Shown here: positions 54,021 to 64,000 of the stretch, piece by piece | Layout: each line of letters opens with the position of its first letter | How positions within the stretch are numbered: position 1 is the first letter of the stretch | From: a virus | Reading direction: 5' to 3' (one strand) | IMG/VR virus record: IMGVR_UViG_3300037316_000027 | Span: 32,001 to 96,000 of that record | DNA: 64,000 nucleotides | Program-made: the position numbers and the translations under genes | The notes under the pieces: model-generated | The model's input: only the letters and a program-made list of their open reading frames with translations | What the model was told of the DNA's origin: nothing | The model's database searches: none

Positions 54021-54675
54021 CAAAATGACGACAATTCGCCGACCACTCGCACGCTCCTATCCCGAGATCGCCGCCGCTCAAGGGCTGACAAACGCCGGCC
54101 ACGTGAACCGCACAGGCTTGAGCCGAGCCGAGCGAGCGGTGCTCGATGTTGGTCCACGGTCAAGGCGAGAGGCTACGGTAGAAGAGCAAATAGTCCGAAA
54201 CGAGAAATACGTGATCAGCCTTCTACGCCCGACAGCGGAGATTAACAACAGGGAGATCGAGCGGGACCGCGTCAAGCTTGCGGTGGTCCACAACACGGCC
54301 GACCAATTGGAGTTGACTGGTGCGGATCGGGACTACTTCGTTGCCAGTTACGGGACCGACAGCGGCACGATACGGGCTGCGAAAGCGGGAGGCCATCTCT
54401 TGACAGCGGTCAACTTGAAAGCCTCTGTAGGCGTTCCTGAGACGCCTTACGAGATGATGGAGCGCCTTGGCCTGACCGAACAGGAGCGCGAACGTCTCGG
54501 CGAATTCACCGTCACCATCACATGGGCGAGAGCTTGACAATGGCTTCATCATCTGCGATTGAGAAAAACAAGGTGCTACCACGTCGCTTGCGACGTGCAG
54601 TGGCTAAGCTGCAAATTGAGGTTTACTCCAAGATTGCAGTGGGGGCCAGACCGACCGAACAAGAGCGAGCAAACC

Positions 54676-55599
54676 ATGTTAGGCACGATGATGGCCCGGG
54701 CGGCCGGCTGGGGCAAAGGTAATCCCGTGAACCGAGACGATCCGCGCCAACGCAAGATCGAGTGCAAGGAAAGCGGAACGCCTTTTCGTGATGAACCCGA
54801 CTTGCGATCAGTCGCGGTGCTCTACGTGACAAGAGAAGAGGCATCGGCGATTGCCGATCTGGTGCGCGAGTTGCAAGCTGCCCGGGCCAGCGGTGCCGAT
54901 CAGTTCGTGGTGCGCAAGCCATACACGTGTGCTAACGGTCACAGGTTGAACGATCCGGGCCAGCGATGCGTCAAGTGTGCGGCGGCGGTGAAGTTGTTTC
55001 CGCCTACGACCGGCGTCACGGGAGCGATCGGGGTGACCAGCGGCTATCCTAATGGCGTTGGCGCGACCGGATATACTGGCAGCGGTTATAGAGAGCCAAC
55101 CGGGTATACTGGCGACAGAGAGCTGTCCGGGCTCATAGAGGGTGCGCGGTTTCAGCCCGGCCGAATGCCATCGGGTTGGACGATCGACTTCGATGCAGGT
55201 AATGAGCGGTATCTTCTATGCGACGAGACGCGTGCGGTCCGCGCTGAGGTAGACCGCGTGTTAGGTACGGCGGACGACTGGATGATAGTTCGCCTCGTTG
55301 ATAAACAGCCCCCAAAGCCGATTGGCGCTACTGGCGGTGGCATCGGCTTTCTCATTGAACCGAGCGCGCGGTTTCAGCCCGACCAACTGCCATCGGGTTG
55401 GGCGATCGACTTCGATGCAGGTAATGAGCGGTATCTTCTATGCGACGAGACGCGTTCGGTTCGTGCTCAAGTAGCGCGCTTGATAGCAGGCCAATGGATG
55501 GTAGTGCGCGCCGTCGAGACAGCAAAACCTACAGAACCCACAACGGCAAAACTAAGCGGCGACGCGGCGAGATTTGCGGGGATCGACTTCAATGACTAA
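54676..55599 (+). CDS. Mosaic protein with Zn-ribbon and internal tandem domain duplication
   Basis: CANGH...CVKC; two copies of ARFQP..PSGW.IDFDAGNERYLLCDETR.VRA. Confidence 0.65.
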   Translation: MLGTMMARAAGWGKGNPVNRDDPRQRKIECKESGTPFRDEPDLRSVAVLYVTREEASAIADLVRELQAARASGADQFVVRKPYTCANGHRLNDPGQRCVKCAAAVKLFPPTTGVTGAIGVTSGYPNGVGATGYTGSGYREPTGYTGDRELSGLIEGARFQPGRMPSGWTIDFDAGNERYLLCDETRAVRAEVDRVLGTADDWMIVRLVDKQPPKPIGATGGGIGFLIEPSARFQPDQLPSGWAIDFDAGNERYLLCDETRSVRAQVARLIAGQWMVVRAVETAKPTEPTTAKLSGDAARFAGIDFND

Positions 55600-57380
55600 G
55601 AAACTTTCGCCTATGGAGTTGGGCACACGCTTGCATCAAGAGATCGAAAGCCTGCGCCAAGAGATCGAAAAGGTGAGTGGCAATCCGCGTCCGCAACGCG
55701 CGCTGATTTTCGGCGACATGCATGCAGGAATGTACGAGAGCGTTGCCGAGCACGCGACAGCGATGCGCAAAACGTCCGCTCAACTTCGCGTCTACGCTAG
55801 CGCAGTCGCGATGGACGAGGCGATCTACGGCAGAGCCGACGTGCTGGTGATACACGGGGGCGATCTGTTACAACTCGCCGTTAAGGATGTTGACTTTTCG
55901 AAGATCGAGCGGCGCGTTCTCGACCACATGGTTGTTGACATGGCCAAGAAGATCGAGCTAGACACCGAGGACGTTGCAATGATCGGCTATGCCGAAGAAT
56001 GGATGTATCATGGCTAAGTGCATTCGTGTTGTCGGTCAAGGCGTTCCCGTCCGCATGTCGGACGAGGACGCTTTTCAAGTCGTGGTGCGCGACCACGACG
56101 GCGAGTATTGCCCGAAGCAATACTACAAGAGTTGGCATGAGCCGGCGGTAGAGGGCAAGGAGCCGACGACGAAGATCGTCAAGCTTCAGCAAGGCAAGCT
56201 CGTCGAGACTGGCACGCTGGCGCGCAATCTCCAACACAAACGGGAGAAGAAGCGCCATGCCGTTTAAGCATAAAGCCTACACCCCGCCACTTGGTCTGCT
56301 CTGCAAGCTGGGCAGTATCATCGTGCATGCCGAAGAGATGATGCAGCCCGATGGGCACGACTTCGATCGTGTCGCGATGGAGACGTTGCTTGCCGATCGC
56401 GATGTTCGGAAATGGATCGACGACATGGGCTCGTTGTTGCCTCTCAAGCGGAGTGCGCGGCGATGATGCAGATCAACGTTAGAAACCCACTTCGTTTGGG
56501 TGCAGTCGTTGGCGGTGCCATCGCCTATTACTATTTCGCAGGCGGGCTCACGTGCTTTGCGTTTCTGTTTGGTGCAGTCGTCGGCAGTCTATCAGTTGAG
56601 CTGAAGCCTAAGCAGCAACAGCCGACGCGCAAGGCCAACCCGGAGGACATCCCGATATGACCTACCACACAAAGTTGTTCTGGTTGTCATGGTGGGCTAT
56701 TATGATCGGGCTTGTCGGCTTCGTGACGATTGTCCTGCCACCGCTGCTCAAGCTGGAGATGCGATACCTCGATTGGATCAACGGCGTGTTGGGGTGCCGA
56801 TGAACAAGACCAAGGAAGCCCAACGCTCCGATCTGATCGATCAGTTATGCGCGCTTCAACGCGAGTATCATACGCGCGCCGAACCAATCATCATGGAGCT
56901 TGCCCGCTTGACGACGCCAGCCCCGATTGTTATGCCTGACGGCAGCACGATGAAGTACATCGGTCCGGGGAGCGAAGATGACAGGGATTAAGAGCCTGCC
57001 GGCGATGCGTGTTGATATCGCGCAACTGCGGCAGCAGCAATGGCGAGCCGACAAGCTCTACAACGAATTTCGGCGCTTCGCTGTTAGTATCGGCTGCAAG
57101 GTCGGTGAAGGCACGTGCTCAGACGAAATCATGGCGACCAACGCGCAAGCGCGAGAGCTGGCCAGATGGTGGCAGGAGAAAACGACATGACATACGATGA
57201 GGCGATGGAGCGTGCAAAAGCAAACCCCGGCCTAGGCGTCCGCGAGAAACGGATGCAGGCGAAGTGGAAGATAGTCTGGATGAACCTCAAAGCTGGAGAC
57301 GGTGACTTCTTCTGTATCAACCCGATCACCGGCAGTGACTATCTATATCATCCGAGCGATGCCGACAGGGTTTCCACGAA

Positions 57381-57776
57381 ATGGGGGATCGCTTGAAGCG
57401 CACGCGGGAGATGGTTCGAAGTCAGGGGCACAATGACTGCGGTGTGTGCGCCGTAGCCAATCGCTGCGGTATCACGTGGGCAGCGGCCCGCGTTCGTATC
57501 TTCGGCACCAAGCGCAAGCGCGCGTTCAATACCACGACATGGATGCTCAAGGATGCGATGTTCGTCAACGGTTGGCGTCTGATCCGAGCGCGCGACTGGT
57601 ACGACATTCCCAACAACTCAGTTGTGAAGGTGATACCCTCCGGATGCCGGGGCACGCGCAACTGGCACTGGGTGGTCTGGCGCGGCGGCATGGTGTGGGA
57701 TAGTGAATTCACCGTCCCGATATCGCCCGTCTACTACACGCACGGCCCTGTCTCTTACATAGGATACCCGAAATGA
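57381..57776 (+). CDS. C39-like cysteine peptidase
   Basis: Q...DCGVCAVA...HWVVW.G..VWD catalytic pattern. Confidence 0.65.
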   Translation: MGDRLKRTREMVRSQGHNDCGVCAVANRCGITWAAARVRIFGTKRKRAFNTTTWMLKDAMFVNGWRLIRARDWYDIPNNSVVKVIPSGCRGTRNWHWVVWRGGMVWDSEFTVPISPVYYTHGPVSYIGYPK

Positions 57777-59233
57777 CTTTCATTGCAGAAGGTGGCGCGC
57801 GCACGGTGACCAACTGATGCCGACCAACAAATTCATCCCCTGCAAGGACTGCCGATGGTTTTCGTCGTGGGGCGATGACGGCGTGACGTGCACCAACGTT
57901 CTGTATCGGAAGTTCGATCCGGTCGATGGTTGGCAGCCGCAACAGGCGAGGCATGTGCGCACAACCGAAGAGCTATGCGGCGAGGCCGGCAAGGGCTGGG
58001 AGCCGCGCCGCCCCGCGCCCCCGAGATGGATGGATCATGTCGGAATGGGTGTGCTTGTCGTGCTGATCCTAGCATGGTTGTGGGTTACGGTGTCGCGATG
58101 AGTGACTACATCACTCTGCTCGGAGCCGAAGATGTTCGCAGCGCGGGCCACACGATGACGCGTGCGGCCGAAACAATGAGCAACGCTGCCAGCACAATCG
58201 ACGGCGCGATGGAGCGCCAGCGTCATTTCCTTGAAGACTGGCTGGCCCGGTTCGAGATCGCCGTCGAGAAGATGCCGCGCCCCGAAGTTCGCGCGGGCTC
58301 TACCGACGACGACTACCTGCCGTCAATGGCGAAAGGCTGACAATGGCCGACCACCCGATGAAAACATTCGTTACGCAAGACGGTCGCCACTTCCTGATCC
58401 CGGGCAATCCGGCGTGCGGCTATCAACGCGCCGAGGCCGCGACTAGGGAGGACGGCTATCAGTGCGACTGTCACCAGATGATGGGCAACGATTTTTATTT
58501 CCTGCCTGTCGGTCAGTGTATCCGCAAGGATAAGACGTGCAATCGGGTGGACGCATGAAACTCCCGTGGCGATACCATGCGAGGATGATCGGCGAGATCG
58601 TGGTCGAGATCGACCAGCGCGGCTGCATGGCCGAGGACCATGTGATCAAGCGGGTAGGCGAGATCGTCGGTATCGATGATCAGCGCGTGTTCCTGAATAA
58701 CCCCGGCGCGCAAAGCATCATCGTCGCGCGTTGTCGCACGCTTTCTAGTCAAGAACTGATCGAACCCGAATTCTTTCTAGTGCCGATTGCAGACGGCGGT
58801 TTCCAGCCGTCCGAGAACGCGACCCTGTATTGGTGGAGGCACTGATGGGCGTTCAAGATGACTACAATGAAGCGTGGGAGGCTGGCGCGAAAGACGCGGC
58901 CGAACGTTGCGCGCTGCTGGCCGAAGGGCTGGCGGCTATCCACGAAGCGAGCGCGGCCCGCATACGTCGAGAGGGCACGTTCACCTATGGTTGGTTCGGT
59001 CGCAAGAAGCGTGTTGCTCCAGCGTGGGAGCGTGCGGCCAAGGATATGGAGGCAGCCGCTCACGGCCTGCGCACCATAGCGCGCGGCTGTCGTGCCGGCT
59101 GGGACCCGCGCAAGTGTGAGCCGGACCCGAACGAGAAGATCGAAGTAAACCCGGCCGCTGTTTGGAAACCGTGTTCGCGTTGCTCCATGCCAATGGATTG
59201 TGCTTCGTGGTGCTCATGCGAACGGGGCCTGTT

Positions 59234-59623
59234 GTGAAGTCCCTAGCACAGAAGCTTCTTGACGTGACGCCCGCGTTCGCCGACCGTCAAGTCGCGAACA
59301 TGATCGCCAGCCGGGCAATCGAGTTTGGTGCTCCCTACCGCTTCGCTATCAATCACGACATCCGGCCGCCCGGCATGAAGGCCTGCCCGTTGTCTCATTA
59401 CGATTGGGCGCTGAAAGACGCGGTCGGTATCGATACGCCGGTCACCCCGATCGCTTTTAGGTGGTTGACATCGGCATTGCTCCGGGGCTATACGATCTCC
59501 CGCGTAGACCACAATCACCGTGATCTGGTTCCCGGCTTTTCTTCTAGCATCGCCATCGTGCGACGCCGCGCCGAGAACCATCAGCGGCCGAAGGTAGACA
59601 ATGACGATGATATCCCGTTCTGA
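59234..59623 (+). CDS. Hypothetical protein ending in DDDIPF
   Basis: GTGA-coupled start; SSB-like acidic tail. Confidence 0.55.
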   Translation: MKSLAQKLLDVTPAFADRQVANMIASRAIEFGAPYRFAINHDIRPPGMKACPLSHYDWALKDAVGIDTPVTPIAFRWLTSALLRGYTISRVDHNHRDLVPGFSSSIAIVRRRAENHQRPKVDNDDDIPF

Positions 59624-59666
59624 CCTCAATGAGTGCCCGTTTAATTCAAACTCTGGAGAGAATATC

Positions 59667-60260
59667 ATGGTAGCCGATGACGAGCCCATAGCTGACGAGG
59701 CCGCACCGACGTTCGATCACGTGATGATCGATATCGAGACTATGTCGCTGCATCCGCACAATGCGCTGATCCTGTCGATCGGCATGGTCGAGTTCGATCC
59801 ATCTCCGATCGAGGGGCTAGTGATCGGCGAGCGCAAACTATTCTTGCCTGATCTCGAAGCTCAGCTAGGTCTCGGTCGCGAAGTCAGTGCCAGCACACAG
59901 AAATGGTGGATGGATCAGTCACCTGAAGCACGTAAGCACTGGGCCGCTACAGGAAATACGCGTGAGCATCTGTCTAGCGTGCTGTATCGCATCCGGTCGT
60001 TTTGCGCCGACAAGAAATGCATCTGGGCCAACGGCACCCAATTCGATCTTTCCAATCTTGTTGGCCTCAATGCTCAGGTCAGCGGCGAGCCGCTGTGGCA
60101 TTATCAAGCGCCGAACGATATGCGGACGTTTGTCAGGCGAACGCCCGCGACGCGGCTGGTGCCGATCGGCGATGCACTGGCTATTCCCGGCGTGCCTCAC
60201 GACCCGATCTACGATAGCACTTCGCAAGCGTGGCAAGTATGGAGCCATTGGGCATGCTGA
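59667..60260 (+). CDS. DEDDh 3'-5' exonuclease (Rv2179c/DUF5051-like)
   Basis: HVMIDIETM, T.KWWM.QS, WANG..FD, H.P..D. Confidence 0.85.
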   Translation: MVADDEPIADEAAPTFDHVMIDIETMSLHPHNALILSIGMVEFDPSPIEGLVIGERKLFLPDLEAQLGLGREVSASTQKWWMDQSPEARKHWAATGNTREHLSSVLYRIRSFCADKKCIWANGTQFDLSNLVGLNAQVSGEPLWHYQAPNDMRTFVRRTPATRLVPIGDALAIPGVPHDPIYDSTSQAWQVWSHWAC

Positions 60261-61068
60261 CAACACAAGAACAACAGCGACGCGCTAAGACCATCAAGCG
60301 CATGGTGACGTTTTGGTACTGGGTCATTGCGACCATTGTCGCTGCCGGCTTTGCCGCCGCCATCATGGGCGTGTACTCAGGCGAGTGGCGATGGTTGCTG
60401 ATCTCAGTGCCCGGTTATCTCCTTCTTCGCGCTGCGATGAAGCACCCATGACCCCGCGTCTGCGCAAGAAGCTGACAGCGACGGAACGTGCGCAGTTCTT
60501 CCGGCTGTCGGCTGCTTGCGCCGATCGCGATCAACTGAAGCGGTTGACAGCGCGGCTGAAGCTGAATAGGTTCGTGATCCTGCACAGCAAGGAAGCCTGT
60601 CAAGCGGCATGGGATGCGAGAAAGAAAAAGCGATGAGTGTCTCCCCTAGAATGTTGGATTGGGCGCTTAATGGCGTGCCGGTCTACATCCGAAAGCGTCC
60701 GATCGACGGCGCGGTCTACGCTACGACGTTTGACTTCTCTAAGTTCATTCGTGAAGCGGCGCTCGAAACGATGCGCGTGCACGTGCCGAAAAACGCGCTG
60801 AGAAACTGGGATGCTGCACAGGACCCGCGCGTAAAGAAAAAGATAGCGGAGTGGGAGCGCGCCAGCGCATGACCGATAAATTCACGATGCAATACGTTGA
60901 AGAGGAACGCGACCGTTGCGCGAAGCTCGTCGAGATGCTAATAGGCGAGCCGGACTTCCTGATGCATTGCATCGCGTACTGGATCAGGCCTGACGAAGTC
61001 GAGACGCGACGTGCTCGCTTCGAAGAGATGGACAACGTCATCGCCGTAGACAACTTTGAGGATTTGAT

Positions 61069-61254
61069 GTGAGTAACCGAGCGCTCGATAGCGCCGAAGT
61101 CAAGGGCGCGAAAGCGGCTGAAGAGGGCAAGCCCTTGACGGCCAACCCTTACGGTGATACTCGCACCTATAGAGGCTCTGTGACGTTCGCGCGCGCCTTC
61201 TGGCGCGCATGGCGTCGCGGGCATACCGAGTACGTCTTGAAAAGGAAAGTGTGA
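61069..61254 (+). CDS. Small Rmf/CrpP-like protein
   Basis: G..A...GKP..ANPY......W..GH pattern. Confidence 0.45.
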   Translation: MSNRALDSAEVKGAKAAEEGKPLTANPYGDTRTYRGSVTFARAFWRAWRRGHTEYVLKRKV

Positions 61255-62454
61255 TGCGTGGACGCGGCGGAGTGATAGCACCTAGCAGCGTGCGCCGACA
61301 GGCGGCGTGGGATGAGCCCATCTCGGACAAGATGAACAAGCACGTCCGGTTCCAGTGGGTGAAGCGGGGCGGCGTCGGCCGACAGTCCGGTTCCGGTCCG
61401 AGCGGCTGTAAGGCGACGCCCAGAGCCCTCCTGAGCCGTGCGCTACGCGAACGTGCTGGAGTGGCTGAGTTCGTAACCAAGCGACAGGCGGCTGTTGTAG
61501 TCCGCAAGGCAAGCCCTCCCAAGGTGATCTATGGCCCCTCGGTTTAACCTGAAAGTCCAAGTCAAGCGACTGGGCGACAGCCTCTTGCCGCCGGCCGAGC
61601 CAGCGCGCAAGGCACCGCACGGCATGGTGCTTTCGCCCAACGGGCTGAATGCGTCACCAATCCGCCGTAAGCGCAGGACACGGTCAACGTTCTGTTCTGA
61701 CTTCGCGTGCGAGAGTGAAGAATTCAACGGCCCGAAATGCAAACGTCAATGTCGGAGCTGCAAGCCCAAGAAGCAGGCAACGCATCCGAGTGTCCAATGG
61801 GAGGACTACCGCGTAGACATCGGCTCCGATGGAAAGTACGGCATCTATACGCGAAATTATAACTGCCGACTGGCCACATTCAACGTGGGCACGCTGGCGC
61901 TACAGACCCGACTTAGACTTCTGTTCGACAAGGCCCATCAACGGCGTCACGATATCGGTGGGATGACTAATGATATCGAGGGCGCACTCTTGCGTGCCGG
62001 GGAAACGCGGCGCAAATGAGGATCAACAGTGTGCATCGGGCGATCCTTGACAATCAGCGGGCCATCATGCTCGCCCTGTTGCAGAACGCGACGGCCGTCT
62101 CGACCCGCTCGCTACGGGACAGGCTAGAAATTACGTCGGCTCTGACAGCCGTGCCCAAGGTGAAGCCGAAACGCAGAGCGCCGCGCGTGATCGACGTAAT
62201 CGGAGGCGGGGCGTTCATGAGCGACGTGGGCGATCAGGGCTATCCCAAGGTGAAGCGATGATCCATCGTCTCGTCATGCATGAGGACTTCTCGACGCACA
62301 CTCGCTGCGGCATTCGGCTCAGCGACAATGATACGCGGCTGACGTATGCTGGCGTAGAGATCGACACGACGCACTTCGACGCCCGGATCACGTGCCCCGA
62401 TTGTCGCGACCATTTCGTGCGCGTTACGAAGCCCAAACTCAGCATGGTGCGGTG

Positions 62455-62712
62455 ATGTTTGGCCAGCTTACCATCGAGGAAGAGACGCGGCTCGGCACAC
62501 AGATGGCCGCTGTTTACAAGATCATGCGCGACGGTCAGTGGCACACCCCGCCGGAGATCATGGCGCGCGTTGTTGGCGGGACCGCTGCGATCACGGCACG
62601 CATCCGTGATCTTCGAAAGGAAAAGTTTGGCGGGTTCACGATCGAGCGTGACTACATCGAACGCGGGCTGTATCGCTATCGCATGATCGATCCCGTAGAG
62701 GATTTGATGTGA
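62455..62712 (+). CDS. Winged-helix DNA-binding protein
   Basis: MRDGQWHT..EI......AAITARIRDLRK..GG..IER.....G...YR. Confidence 0.65.
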   Translation: MFGQLTIEEETRLGTQMAAVYKIMRDGQWHTPPEIMARVVGGTAAITARIRDLRKEKFGGFTIERDYIERGLYRYRMIDPVEDLM

Positions 62713-63309
62713 TGATGAAAGTAAGCAAGAAGCAGCGCAAGGCACTGCGGTCTGTGTGGCGTCTCGGCAAGCCGCGCAAGCAGATGGAGCACTCACGCCG
62801 GATCAACAACGCGATGGAGCGAGCCCAATGGCGACGGAACAGAACTTCCTGATCACAGTGCAGCGCATGTGCACGTCCGACGAATGCGATCTAGTCAGCA
62901 GTTGGTCGGCCGTCGTCGCCGAGAAAGATATCGGAAATTTCGGTGCGCTCGAAGACGTGATCAAGTTGACCGGCATATCGCTTGAAGGTGCGCCGGTCAC
63001 GAACATCCGACCGATGACGGAAGCCGAGATCAAGGCGTGGAGAGATGCGGATGCTTAAGCGCATCGCGTGCATAGGTCGCGAGGCGCGCTACACGCGCGC
63101 CATCATCGATCTTGACTTTCCCACAGAGAAGGCCCAACGTGCGATCATCATCATTGAGCGCGATAAAGACGTGGGACTTCTGGGCGGTTATCAGCCGGAC
63201 GAGCTTTGCTATATTCCGATGGCCCCAACGAAATACCAGCTCGACTTTCTCGCGTCTCGACACTTCAGCAGCATCACGATCGAAGCGGCCCGAGAATGGC
63301 TCAAGCAGC

Positions 63310-63693
63310 ATGCCTGAGTACAGCATGCCTGAGTATCGCATCTGGCTAGATGTTGACGCCGGTATCTACGCTACAGTCTCGCTCGAAGATCATGCGTGGG
63401 CTCTCCAATGGAAATGGCAGATCACGTGGGATCGGCACAAGCGCAAGGCCTATGCGACGCGTTCGACGCGCACGAAAGAGAGCGGCGGCCGGCGGCACAA
63501 GCTCTACCTTCACAAGGAAATCTTGAAACGCTCCGGCAAGCCCCCGCCGTGCGATCGGCACACGATGGGCGATCACGGTGACGGCAACAGCCTGCACTGC
63601 GAGCGGGATAATCTTGACTGGGCCACTCCAGCGCAGAACCGCAAAACGGCCCGGCCGCCCGCGCCGAAGCCCGTTAGTGATATTCCGTTTTAG
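63310..63693 (+). CDS. HNH endonuclease
   Basis: YA.R.......LYLHKEI...GDHGDGNSLHC.RDNL; 15-bp tandem duplication at the start. Confidence 0.7.
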   Translation: MPEYSMPEYRIWLDVDAGIYATVSLEDHAWALQWKWQITWDRHKRKAYATRSTRTKESGGRRHKLYLHKEILKRSGKPPPCDRHTMGDHGDGNSLHCERDNLDWATPAQNRKTARPPAPKPVSDIPF

Positions 63694-64000
63694 TGCTTGA
63701 CTTCGCAAAGCCGTCGCCCCACGTTGCGCCGATCGAAACCAATTGGAGATGGCTATGAGAGGGATTTTGGCTGGGCTCGCAGCGCTGGTTTGCGTGTGCG
63801 CGCTCATCTTCGGGTTGAACCTGTTCGGGTTCGCCCAGTTTCAGTTCTTCGCGCCGAAGATGGAAAGTGTCCGTCGCGACGTGATGATCCAGTCTCGCGC
63901 TTACGGCGAGGCGAATACTCGCGAGCTTTACCGGCTGAGGCTGCAATACGCGCAGGCTCAGTCCGATGAAGAGCGGGCAACCATCAAGGCATTTGCACTT

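Larger units (their letters stand above)
54025..64000 (+). other. Dense array of small plus-strand hypothetical (early/middle) genes
   Basis: Coupled short ORFs, e.g. 54025-54537, 55592-56017, 56257-56466, 56978-57190, 57817-58101, 58343-58558, 61531-62019, 62016-62261, 63045-63317. Confidence 0.7.

Noticed and set aside
55144-55467. Diversity-generating retroelement template/variable repeat pair
   Set aside because: Mismatches are not adenine-specific, both copies are in-frame in one gene, and no reverse transcriptase is present in the window.
57381-57776. C39 peptidase as the processing enzyme for the GHGS tags (RiPP-like system)
   Set aside because: It lies 21 kb away in the oppositely transcribed arm, the tags lack a double-glycine leader consensus, and there is no transporter or modifying enzyme nearby.
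61440-61550. tRNA gene
   Set aside because: No T-loop GTTC(G/A)A with a matching acceptor stem and CCA could be built.
63306-63335. 15-bp tandem repeat as a transposon target-site duplication
   Set aside because: The copies are adjacent rather than flanking an element; more likely slippage at the HNH start.

Overview
The window is part of a GC-rich tailed (siphovirus-like) phage genome. TTAA-N7-TTAA (CtrA-type) boxes and DDIPF protein tails suggest an alphaproteobacterial host; this is an inference. Bases 1-29 kb hold a minus-strand virion module in the order terS, terL, portal, MuF-slot genes, scaffold, a collagen fibre/glycosyltransferase insert, major capsid, head-tail genes, tail tube, frameshifting chaperone, tape measure and tail tip. 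Bases 29-36.4 kb are a late cluster of small genes. Bases 36.4-52.9 kb (mostly minus) and 54-64 kb (plus) are dense small accessory ORFs diverging from an AT-rich, TTAA-repeat non-coding block at about 52.9-54.0 kb. The most striking observation is that eight otherwise unrelated proteins begin with the same peptide, M(x)KDAxGHGS, which is conserved as protein but not as DNA. Two more proteins in the MuF slot begin with NPDE(A/P)RDxxGEW. Their cargo includes ADP-ribosyltransferase-like, GNAT, HhH-glycosylase-like and HDxxGH domains, which suggests a tag-based system for packaging effectors into the virion (a polyvalent protein split into separate genes). Also seen: a five-copy extended late promoter, C(AUGN)G leader hairpins, a stand-alone copy of the scaffold C-terminus and SSB-tail mimics. 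All protein family calls come from motif recognition by eye; no database searches were run.
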